From contig CAWJIE010000007.1 of NCBI GenBank assembly GCA_963842885.1, positions 1-64,000 on the forward strand: a stretch of 64,000 nucleotides of DNA, in the 5' to 3' direction. Shown in pieces: positions 29,450-40,373 of this stretch (position 1 is the first letter of the stretch; each line of letters starts with the position of its first letter). Both the position numbers and the translations under genes were made by a program. This stretch comes from an uncultured Nitrososphaerota archaeon (GTDB lineage: Archaea; Thermoproteota; Nitrososphaeria; Conexivisphaerales; DTJL01). Below the pieces are notes generated by a model. That model ran no database searches. It was not told where the DNA came from and saw only the letters and a list, made by a program, of their open reading frames with translations.

Positions 29450-30506
29450 CTACTTCCTGAAAAGCAGACCGAGCTTCCTGGGCTCTCTCCCTCTCCAGCT
29501 TCCCTTGTGGTAGGCGTATGAAGCGAGGAGCGGGAAGGCGAACGCGGCTTCGGCGTACACCATCTGAGTGTCTCCCAGGTCCACCTTCCCCCAGGAATGG
29601 GCCTCCTTGAGCGTCGACCCGGAGAGCCCGCCGTCGCGCTCGTCCGCGACGGTGATCTGAACCGCGTACTTGTGCATCTTCGTCTTCCCCGTCAGGATGT
29701 CCGCCGCCACCACGACGTCCTGGGCGAAGTTCTTGGGCACGCCGCCTCCGATCATGAGAAGCCCCGTCTCCTTCGCCGCCATCTTGACCTTCGTCAGCTC
29801 CAGGAAGTCGCTGGCGGAATCGATTGTGACGTGCTCCTTCCTCCGAAGCTGATGCTCGATGAGGCCGAAGCCTGCGCTGCAGTCGGAGAAGGCCGGGACG
29901 AATATGGGGACCTCCTTCTTGTACGCCGCCAGGACCACCGACTCCCTGTTCTTCGCGTTCTTGTCGAGGATACCTCCCCATCTCGCGGATGAACTCCCTG
30001 GAGGAGTACGGCCTGGGGGGCAAGGAATCGGCTATCTTCCCCACGGTCTCGTCGCATATCCTGAGGTCGTCCTCGTCGATGTACGTGTCGTAGATTCGGT
30101 CGATGTGGAGCTTCTGCAGCTCGTCGTCGTCCACCATCGAGGTGCCGAGATAGTGCTTGAAGCCCAGGCCTTCGAAGAAGTCCTGGTCGACCATGATGGC
30201 CCCGGTGGACACGATGGCGTCGACCATGTTGTGCGTGACCATGTCGTACACGACGTTCTTGAGCCCTGCGCTGAAAAGCGAGCCGGCGAGGCAGAGGATG
30301 ACGGAGCAGTCCCGGTCCGCCAGCATGGAGTCGTAGATCTTGGCGGCGCGGGAAAGCGTGCGCGCCGAGAAGGCCATCTTGGCGTAGTCGTCGATGATCG
30401 AAGTCACGTCATGCTTCTTCTTGATGTCGAAGTGCTCGATGGTGGCTCCCAGATGGTCCTTCTTAGTCCTGACGACATACCCGGCCCTCCCCTTCACTGT
30501 GCTCAT
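29450..30506 (-). CDS. deoxyhypusine synthase family protein (frameshift near 29970)
   Basis: RIYDTY, GGGVPKNF and DGGLSGSTLKEAHSWGK motifs. Confidence 0.85.
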
Positions 30507-30629
30507 AACTGCACAGCTATTGCCAACTCAATTCTTAACGTTTTCCCCGTGCAATACAGAGCGATTCTCCTACAATCTGCGATGTCAGCTCGCGACAAAA
30601 TCCCTTAAATAAAACTCGCCATATAGCAG

Positions 30630-31406
30630 GTGATAATGAACAAAGGCCTTCTGGCTGGAATCGTCATAGTCATCATCATCGTGGCCGTAGGCGGCGTCTA
30701 CCTTCTCACACAGAAACAGACCCCGAGCAACATGCTCGTGGTCGGAACGAATACGCCGTTTCCACCCTTTGAATACACGCTTACCAACGGCAGTGTGACA
30801 GGCTTCGACATGGACGTCATCAGGGCACTGGCCATCAATTCTGGCTACTCTGGCATTACGATTAAGAACCTGGCGAGCTTCGACGACCTCGTCCCCTCCC
30901 TTCAGTCTGGGCAGATTGATGTCATCGCGGCCGGGATGACCATCACGGCCGACAGGCAGACTCAGGTGAACTTCACCAACCCGTACTGGGAGGCTGACCA
31001 GTCGATACTGGTCCTGAACTCTTCGAGCTTCAGGCCTCAGACCATGGCCGATCTCGCAGGCAAGACGGTGGGCGTGCAATCAGGCACGACAGGCGAGTCA
31101 CTGGCCGAGCAGTACAACACGACCCTAGGACCAATAAAGTCCTATGACACCTTCCTCCTGGCGGTCCTCGACCTCGTGAACGGCAGGGTCAACGCTGTCA
31201 TCGTCGACTCCCCCGTCGCCACCGCGTTTACGTCCCAGTACCCCGTGACGGTCTCCTCTACGGTCCCCACCGGAGAGCAGTGGGGCTTCGCAGTCAAGAT
31301 CGGCAACACAGCACTCCTCAACAAGCTCAACACCGCTCTGGCTTCATTCAAGGGCTCCGCCCAGTGGAATGCGCTGATAACGCAGTACTTCGGTACATCG
31401 GGATAG
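30630..31406 (+). CDS. polar amino acid ABC transporter substrate-binding protein
   Basis: PFPPFE, GFDMD and GVQSGTTG motifs. Confidence 0.9.
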   Translation: MIMNKGLLAGIVIVIIIVAVGGVYLLTQKQTPSNMLVVGTNTPFPPFEYTLTNGSVTGFDMDVIRALAINSGYSGITIKNLASFDDLVPSLQSGQIDVIAAGMTITADRQTQVNFTNPYWEADQSILVLNSSSFRPQTMADLAGKTVGVQSGTTGESLAEQYNTTLGPIKSYDTFLLAVLDLVNGRVNAVIVDSPVATAFTSQYPVTVSSTVPTGEQWGFAVKIGNTALLNKLNTALASFKGSAQWNALITQYFGTSG

Positions 31407-31416
31407 ACATAACGGG

Positions 31417-32085
31417 ATGGCAGTGACCGCTCAGCTCGGCCCCTACCTGGGCTATCTGTTATCCGGTTTCTTTTCAACTGCGTTGCTCACGGCCGGGGGG
31501 CTGGCCTTGGGCTTCGTCATAGGGATCTCCCTAGCCTTCGCCGAGGTCTACCTGTCCCGCAGGATAGGCGCCGTGGCGTCAGCCATCGAGCAGGTCCTGA
31601 GGGGGGTCCCCCTGCTCGTCATGTTCCTTCTCATCTATCTGGGGTCCCCGTCGCTGGGCCTGACGCTCTCTCCGGAGATGGCGGCCATACTCGGGCTGGG
31701 CCTTCGCAGCGGGGGTTACCAGTCGCAGATATTCAGGAGCGCACTGGGCAGCATCGGCATTGGTCAGGCTGAGGCAGCCCTGAGCATGGGGATGGGGAAG
31801 GTCGAGACGTACAGGGAGATCCTCCTGCCGCAGGCGCTTCGGCTCTCCATCCCTTCGTGGAGCAACGAGTTCACAGTGGTCCTGAAGGACACGAGCCTAG
31901 CCTACTCCATTGGCGTCGCCGAGATGATGGAGCGTGCGGCCAACGTCGTCGCCATGACCCTTCAGCCGCTCCAGGTGTACCTCATAGTCGCCGCCGTGTA
32001 CCTTGTGGCCACGCTCGTCGTCAGCAGGGGCATGAACGTGGTATACGAACGCTTGAAGATACCGGGGCTTGGAGGCGGAGCCTGA
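31417..32085 (+). CDS. polar amino acid ABC permease
   Basis: RGVPLL, GQAEAALSMG and KDTSL motifs. Confidence 0.9.
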   Translation: MAVTAQLGPYLGYLLSGFFSTALLTAGGLALGFVIGISLAFAEVYLSRRIGAVASAIEQVLRGVPLLVMFLLIYLGSPSLGLTLSPEMAAILGLGLRSGGYQSQIFRSALGSIGIGQAEAALSMGMGKVETYREILLPQALRLSIPSWSNEFTVVLKDTSLAYSIGVAEMMERAANVVAMTLQPLQVYLIVAAVYLVATLVVSRGMNVVYERLKIPGLGGGA

Positions 32086-32855
32086 CGACATCCCCTCTCC
32101 TTCGGGTCGAAGATGTCCACAAATCGTTCGGCAAGCTGGAGGTCCTCAAGGGCGTCTCTCTGGCCATCGACAGAGGCCAGACCAAGGTAATCATCGGGCC
32201 CAGCGGCGCCGGCAAGAGCACCCTCTTACGCTGCATCAACATGCTGGTGCCACCGGACAGGGGGAGGATCTTCCTGGAGGACCAGGAGATAACCGCCAAG
32301 GGGGTGAGGCTCAGCCTGGTGAGGAGCGAGATTGGCTTCGTCTTCCAGCACTTCAATCTGTTCATGCATCTGACTGCCTTGGAGAACGTCCGCCTGGCCC
32401 TGGTCAAGGTCAAGAAGCTCAAGCCGGACGAGGCAACTGCGGTGGCCGGACGTGCCCTCCGCAACGTGGGGATAGAGGATGCCCTCTTCAGCCACTTCCC
32501 GGCCCACCTCAGCGGAGGGCAGCAGCAGAGGGTCGCCATCGCCCGGAGCGTGGCCATGAACACGAAGATCATCCTGCTGGACGAGCCGACCTCGGCGCTG
32601 GACCCCGAGCTGATAGGGGAGGTCCTCCGCGTCATGGAGCAGCTGGCAACGTCCCACACGACCATGCTGGCCGTCACCCATGAGATTGGCTTCGCCAGGA
32701 AGGTGGCCGACGAGATAATCTTCATGGACGACGGCCGTGTGCTCGAGGCCGGCCCTCCGGAGGAGCTGTTCTCCCGACCGAAGGAGGAGAGGACCAAGAG
32801 GTTCCTTAGCAAGATGGAGGTCCTCTACGGCGGCTCCAAGGGGGAGGGGCGATAG
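32082..32855 (+). CDS. polar amino acid ABC ATP-binding protein (GlnQ-like)
   Basis: GPSGAGKST, LSGGQQQR and DEPTSALDPEL motifs; start uncertain. Confidence 0.9.
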   Translation: MTTSPLLRVEDVHKSFGKLEVLKGVSLAIDRGQTKVIIGPSGAGKSTLLRCINMLVPPDRGRIFLEDQEITAKGVRLSLVRSEIGFVFQHFNLFMHLTALENVRLALVKVKKLKPDEATAVAGRALRNVGIEDALFSHFPAHLSGGQQQRVAIARSVAMNTKIILLDEPTSALDPELIGEVLRVMEQLATSHTTMLAVTHEIGFARKVADEIIFMDDGRVLEAGPPEELFSRPKEERTKRFLSKMEVLYGGSKGEGR

Positions 32856-33536
32856 TTGGCCCTAGCGGGCATCTTGGTCCAATACGGGCCGCTCTTCCTG
32901 CAGGGCTTCGAGACCACCCTACTGCTTTCCGCTGCCGGTTTCATTATCGGCTTCGCCCTCGGAGCCCCCCTCTCCATCGGGGAGACCTACGGCGCGAGGC
33001 CCCTGAAGTGGTTGGCGACGGCCTACGTCGAGGTCATCAGGGGGACCCCCATGCTCGTCCAGCTCTTCATCATCTACTACGCCCTGCCTCAGGTGGGCAT
33101 CACCTTCAACGCCCTTACGGCCTCCATCTTGGCCCTAGGACTCAACAGCGCTGCCTACCAGGCCGAATACTTCCGGGGCGCGATGAGGTCCGTACCTTCG
33201 GGTCAGATGGACGCCGCCCTCTCCCTCGGCATGAGCCGGGCTCTTTCGATCCTTTCAGTGATGTTCCCACAGTCACTCCGGCTGGTCATCCCCGCATGGA
33301 CGAACGAGATGGTCTACCTGGTCCAGTACTCCTCCATCGCCTACCTCGTGACCGTGGTCGAGCTGACGCGGGTGGGCTCTTTCGTGGGCTCGGTGACCTT
33401 CCAGTACGTCACGGTCTACCTAATAATCGCGGCGATATACCTGGCCACGACGCTGGCGATCGTTCGGGCCAGCCGGGTCTTGGAATCGAGATACGCGATA
33501 CCTGGGCTGAGCGGCCCGAGGTCGCGCGCCCTCTAG
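32856..33536 (+). CDS. polar amino acid ABC permease
   Basis: RGTPMLVQ and AYQAEYFRG...GQMDAA motifs. Confidence 0.9.
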   Translation: MALAGILVQYGPLFLQGFETTLLLSAAGFIIGFALGAPLSIGETYGARPLKWLATAYVEVIRGTPMLVQLFIIYYALPQVGITFNALTASILALGLNSAAYQAEYFRGAMRSVPSGQMDAALSLGMSRALSILSVMFPQSLRLVIPAWTNEMVYLVQYSSIAYLVTVVELTRVGSFVGSVTFQYVTVYLIIAAIYLATTLAIVRASRVLESRYAIPGLSGPRSRAL

Positions 33537-33599
33537 GCGCCCCTTCCGGCTCAAGATTCATTGCGCGCCTTGAACTACCACTGGTGGCACCGTCCTGCC

Positions 33600-33695
33600 G
33601 TGTCCTGCATAATCTGTGGGAGGGAGATGTTGAAGATGCACTGCCAGGAGGTGTGCCCCGACTGCGAATTCGAGCTTGACTGTTCCGGACTATGA
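33600..33695 (+). CDS. micro zinc-finger protein (31 aa)
   Basis: Manual translation MSCIICGREMLKMHCQEVCPDCEFELDCSGL. Confidence 0.55.
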   Translation: MSCIICGREMLKMHCQEVCPDCEFELDCSGL

Positions 33696-33800
33696 CATTC
33701 TGAGGGCGTGGCGACTTTTGTCTTAACATTTTGACGGTTTCGTACAACGACTTTGGTTGATTTTGATATATGTTCAAATGACTCCACCTCTTCTGTGGCC

Positions 33801-33908
33801 ATGTCGATGGAGACGAAGTTATGCCCGGTCTGCGGAAAGGAGATGCACGAAGTGCGATGCGAGGACATCTGCTCCAACTGTGGCTTCAAGGTCGCATGCT
33901 CTGACTGA
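33801..33908 (+). CDS. micro zinc-finger protein (35 aa), CPxCG-type
   Basis: Manual translation MSMETKLCPVCGKEMHEVRCEDICSNCGFKVACSD; AT-rich TATA-like box ~30 bp upstream. Confidence 0.7.
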   Translation: MSMETKLCPVCGKEMHEVRCEDICSNCGFKVACSD

Positions 33909-34067
33909 CCGCGGGCGCCCCATATCACCATGCAGCCGGCGAGCCTGCGCATATCAAGTGCTAGCGCGACCCATTGTCCGTGGGGGTTCAATACGTGGGT
34001 TCGGTCCCAGCTTGGGCCCTTAGCTGGGTCCTAATCCTTAAATCCCGAAGGCCGACGTCGGAGAGAT

Positions 34068-34631
34068 GTGAAGGGACTGCGAGTCGGCATCACTGGGAGC
34101 CCTGCCACAGGCAAGAAGACGGTGGGGATGGCCTTGGCCGTCGGGCTCAAGGTCCCATTCTTCAACCTGAATGAAGTCGCCGCTAAGGCCGGTTTCTTGA
34201 TTCCCGCCAGAGGCGGCGAGCCACGGCTGGACGCGAGGGGCTTCCGCCGGGTCGCCGGGCGCCACCTCCCCGAAGGCGGCTTCGTGATTTCAGGGGTGTT
34301 CCTGGCTGAGGCGGTCCCGTCGCGCCTTCTGGACTACGTCGTGGTGCTCAGGTGCAACCCACTGGTGCTCTCTGAAAGGTACGACGAGCGAAGCTATCCG
34401 CAGAGGAAGAAGAAGGAGAACCTGACGGCGGAGTTCCTCGACGCCTGCCTCGGCGGAGCCCTCGAGGCCTTCGGCGACAAGGTGAGGGAAGTCGATACAA
34501 CTGGAAAGGGCCTTCGGACAGTCGTCAAGGAGACCCGGTCCGCTCTTAAGGATGGGAAGGCCGCGTTCGGCAGCGTAGATTGGCTGAGCTTGGTCAGGGG
34601 CCCCGAGGACGTCTTTCGTTTCATGGTCTGA
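34068..34631 (+). CDS. AK6/Fap7-type adenylate kinase
   Basis: ITGSPATGKKT and VVLRCNP...RSY...ENL.AE motifs. Confidence 0.8.
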   Translation: MKGLRVGITGSPATGKKTVGMALAVGLKVPFFNLNEVAAKAGFLIPARGGEPRLDARGFRRVAGRHLPEGGFVISGVFLAEAVPSRLLDYVVVLRCNPLVLSERYDERSYPQRKKKENLTAEFLDACLGGALEAFGDKVREVDTTGKGLRTVVKETRSALKDGKAAFGSVDWLSLVRGPEDVFRFMV

Positions 34632-34698
34632 GCTTGGGCTTCACTGCTTGGAGATTGAGCATCTCGCAAGGGCGACCATGTTCGTAGCGCCTGAACAG

Positions 34699-35652
34699 CT
34701 ATATCGAGTCAAAATGGCTGCTCCGCAGCAGCGGCTTGAACTTGGCCGTCTGCTCCCTCACGGTGTATTGCGAGACGCCGAGAAACTCCGCCACCGTCTT
34801 CTGCGTGAAGATCCTCCTCCTGCCTTCCTCCGCGGTAAGGGAGTCCTCGGCCATGTACAGCAACGTCGCCGCGGCAGCCACGGGGTTGTAGCCGGAGAAG
34901 GAATCGCGCCCCACGGCGGCCATGATATAGAACGATCTCTTCAGCAGCGCGGCTTCGTACTTGACGGGATTGAGCCGGCACATCTGTATCCCTTCTTTGA
35001 CGGGCGGGCTCATCATCAAGTTCCTGACGGCGTCCTTCAGGTACTCCTCCACCCTGATCTTGCCGCGTTCCAGCGGCGCGGTGGTGGCTATGGAGATGAG
35101 CGACGTCAGCTTCACCTTGTGCCCCATCAACGCCAGGTTATTCGAAACGACCTTCCAGCCGATGGTGTTGCGCCCTACCCGGCGCGCCGCCACTATGACG
35201 CAGTAGGCGGCCAGGGTGGGGAGGCCGCCCTTCTTGACGCGTGCCTGCCGCAGCCTGATGGAGGCCATATGCTGGGCGTCGAGCATCGCCTTCCTGGGCA
35301 GGTTTATGGATTCGCTCAGCCTCGCCACCATGTCCAGCACGTAGGTCTGGGTCTTCTGCATGGGGCTCCTGAGGCCGAAGTCCGACAGGGTCTTCATGTA
35401 GGCTGGGGTGGAGAACTCGAAGTCGAGCCCAGAGTAGCCGCTCAGCGAAGAGGGGCCGCTGGAGCCCAGGAAGCTGCCCAGCTCCACTTCCTTCAGGTCG
35501 GTCAGGGTGGCCTCCTTGATGCGAAAGGCCGGTTCCCCGACGTCTACATGGGCGGGCACGGCGCCGCAGCTCCTGCAAACCCATTCGCCTTCATATGAAA
35601 TCATGTCCCCTCCGCAAACGTCGCAGGCGGACACTCCGCTGGTATATGTCAT
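34699..35652 (-). CDS. divergent TFB/TFIIB family protein
   Basis: N-terminal CDVCGG...VCRSCG ribbon; C-terminal GYNPVAAAA...TQKTVAEFLGVSQYTVRE. Confidence 0.75.
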   Translation of the reverse strand: MTYTSGVSACDVCGGDMISYEGEWVCRSCGAVPAHVDVGEPAFRIKEATLTDLKEVELGSFLGSSGPSSLSGYSGLDFEFSTPAYMKTLSDFGLRSPMQKTQTYVLDMVARLSESINLPRKAMLDAQHMASIRLRQARVKKGGLPTLAAYCVIVAARRVGRNTIGWKVVSNNLALMGHKVKLTSLISIATTAPLERGKIRVEEYLKDAVRNLMMSPPVKEGIQMCRLNPVKYEAALLKRSFYIMAAVGRDSFSGYNPVAAAATLLYMAEDSLTAEEGRRRIFTQKTVAEFLGVSQYTVREQTAKFKPLLRSSHFDSI

Positions 35653-35906
35653 GGTCGATCCTACCTGCAGTGGCGTCCAGGGGTATTCTCCATGATGGGT
35701 TGACAACATGGTCCCAATGGGAGGGGATATGCTGATGCCGCCCCTGGTCGCACGCTGACCCGGGGTCGACGTTCTGCGCTAAACCAACGAGACGCTAGTA
35801 ACACTTTCAAAATTGAAGCCCCACGCTCCTCGCAGAGCCGCATGGTCAAGTTCATAGGGACGAAAGTGGAGGGTAAGGTCATGCCGTCGAGGGGGTAACC
35901 TGAGGA

Positions 35907-37465
35907 TTGGTCAAGATAGTCATCCCTCGCCAGCGGTCGGCGGCGACCGTCGAATGGTTCCTCGCGTCGGGAGCCGCCCTCGTCGCCATCGGATGCGCGA
36001 TCGTGGCGGCCTACTACTTCTCTCAGACGTTCTGCCCGCCCATCTCCACATCGACGGGGCTCACCTGCACGCTGAGGCGGCGGCGATGGCCCCCAGGGGC
36101 GAAATGTGGCTGCTCCTGGCAGGGGTGTTCGGTCTCATCTCGGCTCTCACCTATCCCATGGCACGCTTCGGCGGTGCCTCCTTCATCCGAGGGCGGCTCT
36201 ACCAGCCCGGCTCGCTCGACGGCGCGGTTGCTCAGGGCTGGAAGGGACGGCTCTTCGTCCCGGCGCTCTTGGTGGCCTACGCTGCGCTGCAGCTGGCTGA
36301 GATCTTCCTGGTCCCGGGCGGGAACGCCCCTTACAGCGACCCCCAGGCGTACTACATCCCCGCGGCGCTCGACATCCTGTCGGGTAAGCGCTGCACGACA
36401 ATCCCCGTCTCCTCCACATGCAACTACGAGCATCCCCCCCTGGACAAGCTCTTTCTCGCGCTCTCCATCAAGGATCTTCGGCAAGAACGTCGTCGGCTAC
36501 TCCATCTTCCCGCTCCTCTTCGGGGCCGGCACGCTTCTCCTGACGTATGGCATCGCCAAGGCTGTGAGCGGCCAGAGGGTGGCCCGATACGCGGCGTTCT
36601 TCCTCTTGATTGACGGAACCTTCCTCGGCTTGTTTCTGCAGGCCTGGACGGACGTCCCCATGGTCTTCTTCGGCCTATTCGCCACCTACGTCTATCTCTC
36701 GACCCTCAAGGACCATCCCTACCTGAAGGTCATCCTGGCCGGGTCGCTCCTTGGCCTCTCGATCCTCTCCAAGGAGACCGGTGTGCTCTTCTTCATCGCC
36801 ATCGTGGGGTACAGCCTTATCGTCTCCCATGACCTGTCGGTGAGGCGTCTGGTCATCCTCCTGGGGACGACCGCCCTGGTCGCCGCCGCCGGCCTCCAGC
36901 TCTACGATATGATCTTCACGCCCTTCCCGACGTTCATCGCCCACATCCAGTACATACTGGGCTACAACTCCCTCATAGGGCTCTCCGGATGGCCACAGGA
37001 GTCGTGGCTTCCGTTCCTCGGCAGGTCCGTGGTGCCCTTCGCTTGGCTGGTCTTCTACCCGCCCTTCGGCTTCATCTCCACCATGCCGGAGGAGTGGCTC
37101 CTCCTGGCCTCGCTGCCCGTGATATCTACTTCGTCGGTTGGAAGATGGAGGCCCTCAGCCAACTCGAGAAGAGGACGATCATGTTCATCTCCGTATGGAT
37201 GGGCGCGACCTTCGCCCCTTACTTCTTCGCCCAGCTCGTCAGGGCGACCTATCCCTTCTATATGGTACAGATGCTCCCGGCCGCCGTGATCGCGGACGGC
37301 TGGATGATGACGAAGTTCACGAGGCCGATGAAGATAGTATTCATCATAGGCTGCCTGGCTTGGCTCTACGTGTTCTTCCCCCTCACGCCCACCGCTGAGC
37401 CAGTCCTGGCCTACGTCAGCCGATGGCTGCAGTGCTTGTCCAGCGCCTGCGCGGGCGGGCCCTGA
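35907..37465 (+). CDS. GT39/PMT-type membrane glycosyltransferase (several frameshifts)
   Basis: NYEHPPLDK and LGLSILSKETG motifs; many TM helices across three frames. Confidence 0.75.
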
Positions 37466-37628
37466 CCCAAGGCGCGCTGCTCGGGCGTTCCCTTTAGCCA
37501 CATCCTGCGGGGAGGCCTGCTCGCAGATTCTCTCCCTTTCTTCAGAACTTCGGAAGACTCTGTCCGCAGCTGGGGCTCCTCTTTCTTCGGTAATTACTTA
37601 TATACACTGAATCTGAAGCACGTGTGGA

Positions 37629-38054
37629 TTGTCAATAGTACCAGCCCGAAGGTTCATCGAGGAGTTGGGCACCTTCACCGGTCGCAAGGTCCAGGTGGAG
37701 ACCGTCGACGGAAGGAAGTACGACGGGGTCCTCCTGGGCATCTCGGAGAATCTTTCACTGGTCCTCAGCGGCTTCGAGGGCGGGATGTACAAGGTGGCCC
37801 TCAACGGCTCCCAGATAAGGGAGATCAAGCTCGTGGAGAAGCCCTTCGACCTTAAGACCTTGGCAGAGACCATCAACAAGGTCTTCCCAGGGCTGGTCAG
37901 GCTCCGAGAGGACATCGGCGCCATCATCGTCATGGACAAGATAAAGGTCACCGAGAGCGGCGTCGTCGAGGGGACGGGCCCCAGCGCCGACAGGGTCCGT
38001 CAGGTCTACGACGCCTATCTGTCTACGCTGAAGAAATCAGAGAAGCAGGCCTGA
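37629..38054 (+). CDS. Sm-like protein with C-terminal domain (SmAP3 type)
   Basis: Sm fold (KVQVETVDGRKYDGVL...LNGSQIREI) plus PFDLKTLA C-domain; sits upstream of tgtA. Confidence 0.8.
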   Translation: MSIVPARRFIEELGTFTGRKVQVETVDGRKYDGVLLGISENLSLVLSGFEGGMYKVALNGSQIREIKLVEKPFDLKTLAETINKVFPGLVRLREDIGAIIVMDKIKVTESGVVEGTGPSADRVRQVYDAYLSTLKKSEKQA

Positions 38055-38058
38055 CCCG

Positions 38059-39589
38059 TTGTTCGAGGTTAGGGACACCGACCTCGCCGGCAGGCTTGGA
38101 AGGCTCTCCCTCGGCGGGAAGACGCTCGAGACCCCCGCCTTCCTGCCCGTCGTCCATCCAGTGAGGCAGGAGATACCCTGCTCGAAGCTCAAGGAGATGG
38201 GCTTCGAAGCCGTGATCACCAACTCCTACATAACCAAGAAGAGGTACGGAGAGGCCGCCATCGAAAGGGGCATCCATTCCATCATCGGCTACGAAGGGAT
38301 GGTGATGACGGACTCCGGCGGCTACCAGGCGCTGATGTACGGAGGGGTCGACGTCGACCCGGTGGCCATGGCGGAGTACCAGCGCGACATAGGAAGCGAC
38401 ATCGCCGTCATCCTGGACCTCCCCACCGGGTATCCTGCCAGCCGCGGACGCGCGCTCCATACTGTCAGGGAGACGCTCAAGGCGGCCAGGCGGACTCTCC
38501 CTTTGCTGTCGTCGAAGCCCCCTCTATGGGTGGGCCCCGTGCAGGGAGGGCAGCACTTCGATCTCGTGAAGAGGTGCGCCAGGGAGATCAGCGCCATGCC
38601 GTTCGACGTCTATGCCATAGGCTCGCCCGTCGAGGTGATGAACGGCTACGACTTCGACGTCCTGGCCTCCATCATCCTCGCCGCCAAGGCCGGCCTGCCG
38701 CCTGAGACGGCCCGTCCACCTCTTCGGGGCGGCCCACCCACTGACCATCCCCATGGCCATCGCCCTGGGCTGCGACCTCTTCGACTCGGCATCCTACATC
38801 CTCTTCGCCAAACAGGACAGGTACATGACGCCCTACGGCGTCCGCCACCTGGCGGAGCTCAGCTACCTCCCCTGCAGCTGTCCCGTATGCTCGACGAACA
38901 CTCCCGGCTCCATCTCCCTCATGCGGAAGCCGCAGAGGGTCGAGGCCCTGGCCCTCCACAACCTTCACGTCCTGAAGACGGAGGTGGCTTCGTCAAGGCA
39001 AGCGATCAAGGAGGGGAGGCTCTGGGAGCTCGTTTCCGCAAAGGCCAGGAGCCATCCCAAGCTACTGGATGCCCTGGCAACGGTCGGCGACAGGAGAGGC
39101 AATGTCTGCTGGAGGGGACGCCCGTGACCAAGCCCAAGGCCCTCCTGCTCTTCGACCGCTTCGACTACGGCCGGCCCGAGCTGGTCAGGTTCCGCTCGGA
39201 CGTCAGGCATCGATGGAGGCCCAAGGAGAAGGCGCTGGTGATCCTTTCCATGTCCAGGGTGAACGAGCGGTTCTTCATCATGGTTCCGAGACTCCTGGAG
39301 ATGGCTGCGGAGCACGGCTTCTCCATCGCGGTCTTCAGGCCCTTCTACGGTCTGGTCCCCCTTGAGCTCTACTGCGACTATCCCGCCTCTCAGACGGTCA
39401 TGCCGGCTACCGTCGAAGGCGCTGGTCATCGACAGCTCCCTCGCCGAAGCTCGGGAGCTGGTCAAGAAAGCAGCGCTTCGCCAAGGTGAGCGTCCTGTAC
39501 GACGACGACAAGGCCCTGGCTTCGAAGCTGGCCCGCCTGTGCGGGGGAAGCCAGGTGAAGGCTCGGCCCGAAGTACGTGGCAGAGCTGA
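38059..39589 (+). CDS. tgtA: archaeosine tRNA-guanine(15) transglycosylase (frameshifted)
   Basis: ETPAFLPV, MTDSGGYQ, PVQGG, GCDLFDSASY and CSCPVC motifs. Confidence 0.9.
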
Positions 39590-39606
39590 AGAAGCGGGCT
39601 CCGGGC

Positions 39607-40314
39607 CTAGGTGTACATTGAGTCGCCGCTGCGCTTCTCCACGTTGGCCTCCTCCCTGAAGGAGTCCGACTCCATGACCTCCGCGCCCTTCATGAGGGCC
39701 GAAGTGTCTATGCTGAAGCCGTAGACGCTGGACATCAGCGAGATCGCGGACGAGGCGGCCCTGGGGTCCGCCCTGTCCGTCGAGGCGTAGGACAGGATGG
39801 CGTACGCCGGGAAGTTCATCGCTTCGAAGTAGTTCAGGAGGATGGCGACGGGGCCCACGATGACGTGGTCGTCCTCCAGCACCGTGGAATCGCTGAGCTT
39901 CCCGGTCGGCTCGAAGGCCGACGTGTAGACGATCCTGTGCGAAGAGTCGTCCACCTTCAGGGAGGCGTCGAGGCCTCCTATCAGCGCCACCTCCTTGAAG
40001 CCGGCTCCGACCGCCCACTGCGCCAGCTCCCTGTAGAACTTGACTTCAAAGTCCCTGTAGAGGGGGACGTCGATCTTGAGGAACACGAGGTTATCCTTCC
40101 TGGCCAGCTCGTGAGGCGTGGTGAGCCTCCCTCCCTGCACCGCGGCCACCGGGGCGATGTAGTCGGAATCGATGAACGCGGCCCTTTCGGCCTTCAGCTG
40201 CTGGATCATGTACTTGACGGACCAGTAGCCAGTGGCGCCAATGCCGTGGAAACCGGCAATCAGAGTGCACCCGTCAAATCTCGACCCTTTCGGTATTATT
40301 TCTAGCAAGCCCAT
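39607..40314 (-). CDS. PAC2 family proteasome assembly chaperone
   Basis: AGFHGIGATG, IVGPVAILL and ADPRAA motifs. Confidence 0.8.
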   Translation of the reverse strand: MGLLEIIPKGSRFDGCTLIAGFHGIGATGYWSVKYMIQQLKAERAAFIDSDYIAPVAAVQGGRLTTPHELARKDNLVFLKIDVPLYRDFEVKFYRELAQWAVGAGFKEVALIGGLDASLKVDDSSHRIVYTSAFEPTGKLSDSTVLEDDHVIVGPVAILLNYFEAMNFPAYAILSYASTDRADPRAASSAISLMSSVYGFSIDTSALMKGAEVMESDSFREEANVEKRSGDSMYT

Positions 40315-40373
40315 ACCCCCATAAGGTTTAAAGACCCTATTGAAAAATGTGGCTATAAGGCTAGTGTAAGAAG

